The position numbers were made by a program, and so were the translations under genes. Below, one piece after another: positions 9,086 to 16,952 of a DNA stretch of 36,228 nt. The stretch's first letter is position 1, and each line of letters opens with the position of its first letter. This stretch comes from a virus. The DNA lies in UHGV virus genome UHGV-0248752. One strand, written 5' to 3'. The notes under the pieces were generated by a model, which worked only from the letters and a program-made list of their open reading frames with translations, made no database searches and was not told where the DNA came from.

Positions 9086-9221
9086 GCAAATTGTTGAATG
9101 TCCCACCTGTGGAAATGAGGACCCGGAGTATCTGAAAGAGTGCCCACATTGTGGTGAGATAAAATGTAACCACTGCGATATGGGCGACGACACTGCATGT
9201 ATAAATTGTGAGGATGAATAA
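9078..9221 (+). CDS. Small zinc-ribbon-like miniprotein (four Cys pairs)
   Basis: 47-aa ORF MDEQIVECPTCGNEDPEYLKECPHCGEIKCNHCDMGDDTACINCEDE. Not in the ORF track (under 60 aa). ATG overlaps the upstream stop. Four Cys pairs (CxxC, CxxC, CxxC, CxxC). Confidence 0.45.
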   Translation: MDEQIVECPTCGNEDPEYLKECPHCGEIKCNHCDMGDDTACINCEDE

Positions 9222-9222
9222 T

Positions 9223-9510
9223 ATGGAAAAAGAAATCAAATTTGCGCCTAAATCTATCGACGAAGAACTGGCTAAAATCGGCATGCTTGAACGTATGCGG
9301 GACATTATCGAATATGCGATAAAAGAAAATCTTGCAGCCAGAGAAGCCCTTTTGATAATGGAGCGGGAGATTAACCTGATTAAGGATGCTGTATCTCTGG
9401 ATAATAAAATAGCCCGCGAGGAATACGTTCGCCGCAGGCTCGGTGTTGATGGTTCAGCAATTCTTACATCTGAACATTATGCAAAAATTTTTAATCTTTT
9501 TCAGCGGTAA
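9223..9510 (+). CDS. Hypothetical protein in a low-GC island
   Basis: ATG at 9223 (MEKEIKF...) directly after the zinc-ribbon stop; the track ORF starts earlier at 9208. 95 aa, Lys/Glu-rich with coiled-coil character, AT-rich codon usage. Confidence 0.5.
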   Translation: MEKEIKFAPKSIDEELAKIGMLERMRDIIEYAIKENLAAREALLIMEREINLIKDAVSLDNKIAREEYVRRRLGVDGSAILTSEHYAKIFNLFQR

Positions 9511-9730
9511 TCCCCATACAGGCCCGGAGATTGTCGAAATGCCGGTCGGTATTAATATATGAGCCATCCTGGATATCTTCTGCATTTTCCGGGGTAGAGT
9601 TTTTTTGAGCGAGATTGATAATATGTATTGCCTCCTCACGGGAAATCAGCCCCTTATCGAACAGGGTTACCATAAGATTTCCAGCCATTGTGAATGCGGC
9701 AACATCAAGTGCATTTTTTATATCTGACAT
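9491..9730 (-). CDS. Hypothetical protein encoded antisense to the early operon
   Basis: 79-aa minus-strand ORF with RBS aagga 7 nt upstream of its ATG (reverse complement of 9731-9745). Converges on and overlaps the 3' end of 9223-9510 by 20 bp. Low-GC region. Confidence 0.4.
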   Translation of the reverse strand: MSDIKNALDVAAFTMAGNLMVTLFDKGLISREEAIHIINLAQKNSTPENAEDIQDGSYINTDRHFDNLRACMGITAEKD

Positions 9731-9800
9731 AGATTTTTCCTTTTATGTTAATTGACATGGCGGTGCGGTAACACCGCCCATTTTTTATGGAGCCACGATA

Positions 9801-10313
9801 ATGAATCGCGCTTCCCTGATTACCTTAATACATGTCGCAAAACGCGATCTACAGCTTGACCATGATACCTATACATCCGCGCTGCTGGCAGCCACCGGCA
9901 AATCCAGTTGCCGTGATATGTCACCCGGTGAGTTATCCCGCGTGCTGGATGTTTTCAAAAAACGCGGTTTTAAAGTGCGTCAGAAGCCGGTTAACCGGGC
10001 CTTAAAACCGGGTACGGTGACCGCCAAAATTCGCGCCATCTGGAAAGTGATGCACCGGCAGGGATTTATCTCTGATGGCGGGGAAACGGCCCTTAACCGC
10101 TGGGTGAAATCGCAGACGGCCGCGCAGAACGACGGCGAAGGTGTGGCTAACTGGCAGTGGCTGGAGCAACAACCCGCGCTGGCCTCTGATGTGCTGGAGC
10201 GTCTCAAACGCTGGCACCGCCGCAAAATGCTGGCAGCCCTGGATATGTCGGAACGTGCAGTGATGAGTTATGAGCGTGTTTGCAGGCTGTATGAAAAATC
10301 ATTCCCCCGTTAA
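9801..10313 (+). CDS. GemA-like protein (Mu gp16 family)
   Basis: 170 aa. N-terminus LITLIHVAKRDLQLDHDTYTSALLAATGKSSCRDMSPGELSRV fits the pattern I recall for Mu GemA. Position immediately upstream of the Mor/C gene, as in Mu. Confidence 0.75.
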   Translation: MNRASLITLIHVAKRDLQLDHDTYTSALLAATGKSSCRDMSPGELSRVLDVFKKRGFKVRQKPVNRALKPGTVTAKIRAIWKVMHRQGFISDGGETALNRWVKSQTAAQNDGEGVANWQWLEQQPALASDVLERLKRWHRRKMLAALDMSERAVMSYERVCRLYEKSFPR

Positions 10314-10317
10314 CCCC

Positions 10318-10349
10318 AAATCCCGCCACAGCGCGGGATTTTTATTTTA
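10318..10349 (+). terminator. Rho-independent terminator after the gemA-like gene
   Basis: Stem aatcccgc / gcgggatt with a short loop, followed by TTTTTATTTT, directly after the stop at 10311-10313. Confidence 0.6.
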
Positions 10350-10383
10350 AACTTGCCCTGTGTAATGATGACCGGAGGCGGGT

Positions 10384-10806
10384 ATGGCTGAAACACAGAT
10401 GAGCATGTTTGGTGACAGCGAACAGCTGCACGCGCTGATTGACCGTCTGGATGATATTCCTGATGATGAGCTGAAAAAGAACTGGCCCGGCACGCTGCGG
10501 GACCTGGTTGATGTGATCAGTGCTGAACTGCACCGTCAGGGGATTGAACCTGCTCAGGCGGGAATGCTTGCCCGTAAGGTTGCAGCCGCACAGGCCGGGT
10601 ACATGGGCGGGCGTGGTTATTATCTCCCGGTCGGTGAATCCCTTTTCACCGAACTGCGCAATAATGAAATTTTTTCCCGCTGGAGCCAGGGCGAAAAAAT
10701 TGAAACCCTGCGCCGCCACTACCAGATGTCAGAGACGCAGATTTACTCCGTTATCCGCAACCAGCGTCGCCTGCATCAGGAGCGCACGCAGCCCCGGCTT
10801 TTCTGA
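10384..10806 (+). CDS. Mor/C-family transcriptional activator of middle/late genes
   Basis: 140 aa. C-terminal GRGYYLPVGESL...IYSVIRNQRRL matches the Mor/C pattern (YIPRG ... VY.AIR..RR). Cannot distinguish Mor from C. It is the only family member between gemA and the lysis genes. Confidence 0.85.
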   Translation: MAETQMSMFGDSEQLHALIDRLDDIPDDELKKNWPGTLRDLVDVISAELHRQGIEPAQAGMLARKVAAAQAGYMGGRGYYLPVGESLFTELRNNEIFSRWSQGEKIETLRRHYQMSETQIYSVIRNQRRLHQERTQPRLF

Positions 10807-10877
10807 TATTCCGCAAATCCTGCCCCCTTTTCCTCACGGTTACGCTGACTCAGAGAACACCATGAGACAGCGTAACA
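10807..10877 (+). promoter_or_regulatory. Candidate activator-dependent late promoter upstream of the endolysin gene
   Basis: 71-bp gap between the activator gene and the first late gene, analogous to Mu Plys. No clear sigma-70 hexamers, as expected for an activator-dependent promoter. Positional inference only. Confidence 0.3.
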
Positions 10878-11378
10878 ATGCCAAAACTCCCCGCACCCCT
10901 GCGTAAAAAGCTGATTGCCCTTGTTCTGGCCGGAGCCGGGACGTTCACCATTGCCACGCACTACACCGGCTACTGGGAAGGGAAAGAAAACACCACGTAC
11001 ATTGATCCCACCGGCACCCCCACCATCTGTTACGGCCATACCGGCCCGGATGTGAAACCGGGGATGACAAAAACTGATGAAGAGTGTCTGGAGCTGCTGG
11101 AAAAGGACATGAAATGGGCCTTTGCGGCTATCGATCGTCATGTTCAGGTGCCGCTTACCCGTGGTCAGACGGTGGCGCTGGCCTCCTGGATTTTCTGGGC
11201 CGGTGAAACGAACTTTCGCAACTCCACGCTCCTGCGCCTTATCAATGCCGGGCAGATGCCCGCGTCCTGTAAGCAGTATATCCGCTGGATTTATTCAAAG
11301 GGGGTAAAACTCCCCGGTCTTGAGGCCCGCCGTTCGGCGGATGAATGGTTATGTCGTTACGATTTGCCGAAAGTCTGA
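10878..11378 (+). CDS. SAR endolysin (lysozyme-like, Mu gp22 type)
   Basis: 166 aa. N-terminal weakly hydrophobic signal-anchor-release segment LIALVLAGAGTFTIATHY, then a lysozyme-like core (TICYGHTGPD ... VPLTRGQTVALASWIF ... STLLRLINAG) resembling Mu endolysin. Confidence 0.85.
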   Translation: MPKLPAPLRKKLIALVLAGAGTFTIATHYTGYWEGKENTTYIDPTGTPTICYGHTGPDVKPGMTKTDEECLELLEKDMKWAFAAIDRHVQVPLTRGQTVALASWIFWAGETNFRNSTLLRLINAGQMPASCKQYIRWIYSKGVKLPGLEARRSADEWLCRYDLPKV

Positions 11379-11451
11379 ACCGCTTCTGGCGACCGCTCAT
11401 GATTGCGCTGCTGTGTGCCGTTGTGCTGCTGCGGGGTGTGCTGTGTCTGCG

Positions 11452-11841
11452 GTGAACAATCCCTTACCGGCCCTGATTGCCGGAGGCTGTATGGCGGCGC
11501 TGGGGGTGATGAGCGTGCTGGCTGCCGTGGTATGGGGAATGCACCAGAAGACGCAGCGCCTTGAGGACAATAATCATGTGCTTGTGCGTGAACGGGACGA
11601 AGCCCGTCTGGTGCTGGCAAACCAGCAACGCACCCTGCAACTCATTTCACAAATCAGCAAGGCGGCCACGAATGAAAAACAGCAGAACATGCAGCACAGC
11701 GAGGAACAGCAGAGCATTGTCCGCCGGTCACTGGCAACGGTGCCTGCTGCCGCTGTGCCTGTGCCTGATGATGTGGCTGACCGGGTGCGGCGGGCCGTCT
11801 GTGAAATTCGTCCCTGTGCCGCCGGTGCCGATCCCCGCTGA
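11452..11841 (+). CDS. Rz-like inner-membrane spanin (i-spanin)
   Basis: Frame of track ORF 11320-11841. N-terminal TM segment LPALIAGGCMAALGVMSVLAAVVW followed by a long coiled-coil region. Start uncertain: GTG at 11452 or a nearby ATG; the upstream in-frame ATGs lie inside the endolysin gene. Confidence 0.65.
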   Translation: MNNPLPALIAGGCMAALGVMSVLAAVVWGMHQKTQRLEDNNHVLVRERDEARLVLANQQRTLQLISQISKAATNEKQQNMQHSEEQQSIVRRSLATVPAAAVPVPDDVADRVRRAVCEIRPCAAGADPR

Positions 11842-12043
11842 ATGGCTGGCTGACTGCCTGGTCCCTCCCGCGCCGCAGCCGTTCACGTTTGGTGCATCGG
11901 TCACTTACAACCTGCAACTGCTGGCGGTGATTAAAAACTGCAACGTGGACAAGGCCAGCATCCGCCGTCTGGAGACACAGCGACAGCATGAATTTACTGA
12001 TATGGCCGGAACGACTGCTGTTCCGGCAGGAAAGACGAAGTAA
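11672..12043 (+). CDS. Rz1-like outer-membrane lipoprotein spanin (o-spanin)
   Basis: In the +1 frame, overlapping the 3' end of the i-spanin and extending beyond it. Signal-like segment ending in lipobox LTGC, then a proline-rich mature region VPVPPVPIP...PPAPQP. Start codon uncertain. Confidence 0.6.
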   Translation: MKNSRTCSTARNSRALSAGHWQRCLLPLCLCLMMWLTGCGGPSVKFVPVPPVPIPAEWLADCLVPPAPQPFTFGASVTYNLQLLAVIKNCNVDKASIRRLETQRQHEFTDMAGTTAVPAGKTK

Positions 12044-12053
12044 GGAAAAAGGT

Positions 12054-12281
12054 ATGGATGATTCAGATTGTGCTCAGGCAGTCATGGAGCGTGCAACAGA
12101 ACGCGCCCTTTGTGACCGGCTGACACGTAAGCGCCGGGTGGCGGAGACACCGGGCAGGCGTGTATGCGCGGACTGCGGGGGTGACATTCCGGCTGCCCGT
12201 CTGGTTGCCGTGCCGGATGCCATCCGTTGTGTGAACTGCCAGAACATCATGGAGGCCGGTCATGTGGGTCAGCATCGTTAA
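12054..12281 (+). CDS. TraR/DksA-family C4 zinc-finger protein
   Basis: ATG at 12054 with RBS aaggaaaaagg. 75 aa containing CADCGGDIPAARLVAVPDAIRCVNCQ (CxxC-N17-CxxC), typical of phage TraR/DksA-like proteins. Confidence 0.8.
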   Translation: MDDSDCAQAVMERATERALCDRLTRKRRVAETPGRRVCADCGGDIPAARLVAVPDAIRCVNCQNIMEAGHVGQHR

Positions 12282-12573
12282 AGATTATGTCGTGCCGATC
12301 CTGTCGGCAACGGCCACAGCCGGGGGGATCTTCATGGCGCTGATGCGCAAAACCTTTGTCCCCCGCGAGGCCTTTGAAAAACTCTCCGACCGGGTTGAGC
12401 GGGTGGAGAGCCGGATTTCCGGCCTGCCCACGCAGCAGGAGGTGAACAGACTCAATATCGAAATCACCACCCTGCGCGGTGAGCTTAAGGCCACCAATGC
12501 CACCCTGAAATCCGTCTCCCATCAGAACGAACTGCTGCTGGAGCAGGCTGTAAGGAAAAAACACAATGAGTGA
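12262..12573 (+). CDS. Membrane-anchored coiled-coil protein (Mu gp25 position), possibly lysis-associated
   Basis: 103 aa with one N-terminal TM helix VVPILSATATAGGIFMALM, then a coiled coil. Role unknown. Confidence 0.6.
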   Translation: MWVSIVKDYVVPILSATATAGGIFMALMRKTFVPREAFEKLSDRVERVESRISGLPTQQEVNRLNIEITTLRGELKATNATLKSVSHQNELLLEQAVRKKHNE

Positions 12574-12856
12574 TTTCATTACTGAAGATCAGCGTCTTGT
12601 CATTCTGCGGTCGCTGGCGGATTACAACGGCGAACTGGGCGAATCCGTGCTTCAGGACTGCCTGGATGATTACGGTCACCGCGTGTCCCGCGACACCGTT
12701 CATACCCACATTGCCTGGCTTGCCGAGCAGGGACTGGTGCGTAAGCGCACGCTTGTTAACGGTTATTTCATCGCTGAACTGACCGGCCGGGGTCAGGATG
12801 TGGCGGAAGGCCGCGCCACCGTTCCGGGTGTGAAGAAACCACGCGCAAGGGGGTAA
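12566..12856 (+). CDS. Hypothetical protein (Mu gp26 position)
   Basis: 96-aa ORF with RBS aaggaaaaaac upstream of its ATG, lying immediately before the small terminase gene. Confidence 0.6.
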   Translation: MSDFITEDQRLVILRSLADYNGELGESVLQDCLDDYGHRVSRDTVHTHIAWLAEQGLVRKRTLVNGYFIAELTGRGQDVAEGRATVPGVKKPRARG

Positions 12857-12858
12857 CG

Positions 12859-13440
12859 ATGGATAAGCCAACGCGTGGCCGTGTACGCAAGGTGGATTTG
12901 CTCCCCGACAGCATCCGTAAGCCGCTGCTGGAAATGCTGCGTGAAAAACGTCTGACGCAGGTCCAGATCCGCGAGGAAATCAACCGTCTGATCCGTGAAG
13001 CAGGTCTGCCGGAAGAGCAGCAGCTCTCACCGGCGGCCATCAGCCGGGAAGCCTCCCGTAATGAGCTGATTGCCCGTAATCTGCGTGATTTACGCGAGCA
13101 GACAAAAGCCATGATGGCCGAACTGGGGGATAAGCCGACCGGTGAAACCACGGCACTGATTCTGGAGATGTCCCGTGCCCTGATGTACCGCCGTCTGCGT
13201 GCCGCCACCGAATCCCTGAACAGCGACAGCGATGTGGATATGCGCCTTATTAAGGACATCCTCCTGTCGGCACAGCGTGCAGAAAGTGCCGCCGAGCGCA
13301 GCATTAAGCGTGAAAAAGAAATCCGGGCCGCATTTGCTGAAGAGATGGCGAATGCGGTCACCGATGAGTTGCGCGGCGTGGATGGCATGAGCGAGCAGAT
13401 CGAATTCCGTATCAGGCAGATGCTGCTGGGTAAGGCGTAG
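12859..13440 (+). CDS. Terminase small subunit (Mu gp27-like)
   Basis: 193 aa, highly charged and helical, immediately upstream of the large terminase. Position and composition as in Mu gp27. Confidence 0.7.
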   Translation: MDKPTRGRVRKVDLLPDSIRKPLLEMLREKRLTQVQIREEINRLIREAGLPEEQQLSPAAISREASRNELIARNLRDLREQTKAMMAELGDKPTGETTALILEMSRALMYRRLRAATESLNSDSDVDMRLIKDILLSAQRAESAAERSIKREKEIRAAFAEEMANAVTDELRGVDGMSEQIEFRIRQMLLGKA

Positions 13441-13450
13441 GAGGTGAATC

Positions 13451-13699
13451 ATGGCAACAGATAACCGCTCACTGATGAGCAGTGCCCATCAGAAAGCATT
13501 CAGTCTTGCAACACAGTTACCTCCTGAAACCATAAAGGTATGTCGTGAGTTGACTGAACTCAGCATTGCCGGGGAAATATCCCTGGAACAACTGCATTCG
13601 CTGCTGGCAGAGGCTGCCACTGATGAGTTGAGCGGCGTGGACGTGATGACTGAAGAGCTTGAGTCCCGAATCAAAAGCATTCTGACAGGTAAAGCATGA
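13451..13699 (+). CDS. Small protein duplicating the C-terminus of the small terminase
   Basis: 82 aa with RBS ggaggtga. C-terminus ATDELSGVDVMTEELESRIKSILTGKA parallels the small-terminase C-terminus VTDELRGVDGMSEQIEFRIRQMLLGKA. Confidence 0.55.
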   Translation: MATDNRSLMSSAHQKAFSLATQLPPETIKVCRELTELSIAGEISLEQLHSLLAEAATDELSGVDVMTEELESRIKSILTGKA

Positions 13700-15363
13700 T
13701 GAACAAAGCCAGAGAAACGTCGCCTTCACTGATGCAAATGACGCCTCCCCGCAAAATTGATCTGTCAGGTGAAAAAGCCCTGCTGGGCGTGGATGTGCCG
13801 GACAGCCTTGATTTGCCCGGTGATATGCCGGTGTTTCTGGATTATCAGGCCCGCTGGTTTGCAGATGAAAGTCAGGTCTGCATCGCGGAGAAATCCCGCC
13901 GCACCGGTCTTACCTGGGCGGAAGCCGGGCGTAACGTCATTACTGCTGCAAAACCGAAGCGTCGTGGTGGCCGCAATGTGTTTTATGTGGGATCAAAGCA
14001 GGAGATGGCGCTGGAATATATTTCTGCCTGCGCGCTGTTCTCCCGTGCCTTTAACCAGCTGGCAGATGCTGATGTGTATGAGCAGACATTCTGGGATCGG
14101 GATAAAAAAGAAGAAATTTTGACCTACATGATCCGCTTTCCGAACAGTGGATTCAAAATTCAGGCATTGTCTTCCCGTCCGTCAAACCTGCGCGGCCTTC
14201 AGGGGGATGTGGTGATTGATGAAGCCGCGTTCCACGAGTCACTGGATGAGCTTCTCAAGGCGGCAATGGCGCTCACTATGTGGGGCGCGCGCGTGCGTAT
14301 TATCTCCACGCATAACGGCGTCGATAATCTGTTTAATCAGTACATTCAGGAAGCCCGCGAGGGGCGCAAGGATTACAGCGTCCACCGCATAACCCTGGAT
14401 GATGCCATTGCGGACGGGCTGTACCGTCGTATCTGTTACGTCACCGATCAGGAATGGTCACCGGAAAGCGAGCAGAAATGGCGTGATGATCTCTACAAAA
14501 ACGCCCCGACCCGTGAGGATGCCGACGAGGAATACGGCTGTATCCCGAAAAAATCCGGCGGTGCCTATATCCCCCACGCGCTTATTGAAATGGCGATGAT
14601 CCGCGACATCCCGATTCTGACGTTTGAAGCCCCGGACAACTTCATCAGCCGTGCCGCATGGCTGCGTGAATCGGAAGTTTTAACCTGGTGTGAAGAACAT
14701 TTAAAACCGCTTTTAGAGAAATTAAATCCCCGTTCCCGCTTCAGCTTCGGGGAAGACTTTGCCCGCACCGGTGACCTGTCCTGCTTTGTGCTGCTGGAAA
14801 TCACCGAATCCCTGGCAAAGCGCGAGGTGTTTCGCGTGGAGCTGCGCAACCTGCCGTATGCCCAGCAGGAACAGGTGATGATGTACATCCTGACCCGCGT
14901 TCCGGCGCTGGTCGGTGCGGCGTTCGACGCCACCGGTAACGGCGGCTATCTGGCAGAGGCCGCACTGCTGGCCTTTGGCCCGGATATCATCGACTGCGTG
15001 ATGTTGTCGCCGAAGTGGTACGGCGAGTGGATGCCAAAACTGAAAGCCGAGTTTGAAGATCAGAATATCCTCGTCGCCCGCCATCAGACCACGCTTGATG
15101 ATTTGCGCCATGTGAAGGTAGTGAATGGTATCCCGCAAATCGACAAGGGGCGCACGAAGGACCAGAACGCAACGGCTGCGAACGCCCGCCGCCATGGTGA
15201 TTTTGCCGTGGCGCTCTGTATGGCAAACCGGGCGTCATACATGGAGGGCTTCATCCTGGATGAATCAGCCTGTCAGGCGCTACCGGAGCGGTCGCGGGCA
15301 ATGGAGGGCGGTTATCGTGATGACGATGAGGCATATCATGAATTTGATCGGGGGGGCTGGTAG
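13696..15363 (+). CDS. Terminase large subunit (Mu gp28-like)
   Basis: 555 aa, directly upstream of the portal gene and overlapping it by one base. Size and position match Mu gp28. No motif-level check was possible. Confidence 0.85.
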   Translation: MMNKARETSPSLMQMTPPRKIDLSGEKALLGVDVPDSLDLPGDMPVFLDYQARWFADESQVCIAEKSRRTGLTWAEAGRNVITAAKPKRRGGRNVFYVGSKQEMALEYISACALFSRAFNQLADADVYEQTFWDRDKKEEILTYMIRFPNSGFKIQALSSRPSNLRGLQGDVVIDEAAFHESLDELLKAAMALTMWGARVRIISTHNGVDNLFNQYIQEAREGRKDYSVHRITLDDAIADGLYRRICYVTDQEWSPESEQKWRDDLYKNAPTREDADEEYGCIPKKSGGAYIPHALIEMAMIRDIPILTFEAPDNFISRAAWLRESEVLTWCEEHLKPLLEKLNPRSRFSFGEDFARTGDLSCFVLLEITESLAKREVFRVELRNLPYAQQEQVMMYILTRVPALVGAAFDATGNGGYLAEAALLAFGPDIIDCVMLSPKWYGEWMPKLKAEFEDQNILVARHQTTLDDLRHVKVVNGIPQIDKGRTKDQNATAANARRHGDFAVALCMANRASYMEGFILDESACQALPERSRAMEGGYRDDDEAYHEFDRGGW

Positions 15364-16952
15364 TGGGACGCATCATTGATACTGACGGAAAACCTTTCTC
15401 CTTTGACCCGGAGATGCAGAGTGCCGCGCTGGATATTCCGCAGATTGCCAGCCGTTATATTGAACATCCGGCTTCGGGTATCACCCCGAACCGGGCGGCG
15501 CAGTGCCTTCGCGGGGCTGAACGTGGCGATCTGATTGCCCAGTCCGATCTGGCCGCTGATATTGAAGAAAAGGACACCCACCTTTTTGCGGAGCTGGGCA
15601 AGCGACGTCTTGCCATTCAGGGGGTGCCATGGAGTATTGAGCCGCCACCGAACGCCAGCGCGAATGAGAAAAAGGACGCGGAAATGCTCGACGAATATCT
15701 GCATTCCGCAGACTGGTTTGATGCCATGCTGTTTGACGCCACGGATGCCATCCTGAAGGGCTATTCCTGCATGGAAATTGAGCACGGGATGCTCGGTAAA
15801 ATGCACATCATCCGCGCCATCCGCTGGCGTGACAGCGGGCATTTCTGCCTTAACCCGGATGATTTGAGCGAACTGCGGCTGCGTGACGGCAGCCATGCCG
15901 GGGTGGCGTTTCAGCCTTTTGGCTGGATAGTGCATCAGTCACGTTCACGGACCGGTTACGGTGGCGCAACGGGGCTTGTCAGGACGCTTATCTGGCCGTT
16001 CATTTTCAAAAACTATTCCGTGCGCGATCTGGCCGAATTTCTGGAGGTGTACGGACTGCCGATGAAGGTCGGGAAATACCCGTCCGGGGCAACACCGGAG
16101 CAGAAAAGCGCCCTGATGCGGGCGGTGATGGATATCGGGCGACGTACAGGCGGGATCATCCCGGCCGGGATGTCGCTGGAATTTCAGGCGGCAGCAAACG
16201 GTCAGGCCGATCCATTTGAAACCATGATTTCGTGGGGGGAGCGTTCCATCTCCAAAGCAATACTCGGCGGCACGCTGACCACGGAAGCCGGAGACAAAGG
16301 CGCGCGCTCGCTGGGTGAGGTGCATAACGAGGTGCGCCGGGAAATCAGGGATTCTGATTTACGGCAGCTGGCTGCAACCCTGAACCGCGATCTGGTGTAT
16401 CCGCTGTACGCCCTGAACACCACGCACACTATTGATATCCGCCGTCTGCCACGTATCTGCTTCCAGACCAAAGAACCAGGTGATATCACCAAAATCACCA
16501 GTGCGGTGATGCAGCTCAGTACGGGGATGGATATTTCTGATCCCTGGATACGGGAGCAGACCGGTATTCCGCAGCCCACGCCCGGTGAAGCCATATTCCG
16601 TGTCCGTCAGAGTGGCAATGAACCGGCTCAGACCGACAGGGAAACACCACCGGAAAAACAGGAAAAAACAGAGCAGACGGCGCTGTCAGCCAGACTGCCG
16701 GAAGCGAAAAGCACGCCGCGTGATGAACTGGATGATATGGGGGACGCGGTGCCTGCCCGCCGCTTACAGGAGGCCATCGACCCGGTACTGGAGCCGGTCA
16801 TTGATGCCATCAGAACGCGGGGGCTGGCGGATGCGCTGGCAGACCTGCCTGCCCTTTATCGTGAAATGGATGATTCCCGCCTGATGACGCTGCTCAGTGA
16901 TGCCATGTTTGCTGCGGAAATGAAGGGGATGCTGGATGACACAGGGGATTGA
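15363..16952 (+). CDS. Portal protein (Mu gp29-like)
   Basis: 529 aa, GTG start overlapping the terminase stop. Acidic C-terminal region. Position between large terminase and the F-like protein. Confidence 0.85.
   Translation: MGRIIDTDGKPFSFDPEMQSAALDIPQIASRYIEHPASGITPNRAAQCLRGAERGDLIAQSDLAADIEEKDTHLFAELGKRRLAIQGVPWSIEPPPNASANEKKDAEMLDEYLHSADWFDAMLFDATDAILKGYSCMEIEHGMLGKMHIIRAIRWRDSGHFCLNPDDLSELRLRDGSHAGVAFQPFGWIVHQSRSRTGYGGATGLVRTLIWPFIFKNYSVRDLAEFLEVYGLPMKVGKYPSGATPEQKSALMRAVMDIGRRTGGIIPAGMSLEFQAAANGQADPFETMISWGERSISKAILGGTLTTEAGDKGARSLGEVHNEVRREIRDSDLRQLAATLNRDLVYPLYALNTTHTIDIRRLPRICFQTKEPGDITKITSAVMQLSTGMDISDPWIREQTGIPQPTPGEAIFRVRQSGNEPAQTDRETPPEKQEKTEQTALSARLPEAKSTPRDELDDMGDAVPARRLQEAIDPVLEPVIDAIRTRGLADALADLPALYREMDDSRLMTLLSDAMFAAEMKGMLDDTGD

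Noticed and set aside
11320-11451. Upstream extension of the i-spanin ORF (track ORF starts at 11320)
   Set aside because: The 5' 60 bp would overlap the endolysin gene in another frame and precede the TM segment with an implausible Cys-rich leader. A start at 11452 or nearby fits better.
12768-13388. 206-aa minus-strand ORF antisense to the small terminase gene
   Set aside because: Arg/Ser-rich low-complexity translation mirroring the Glu/Leu-rich sense gene, with no RBS and interrupting a tightly coupled plus-strand operon.
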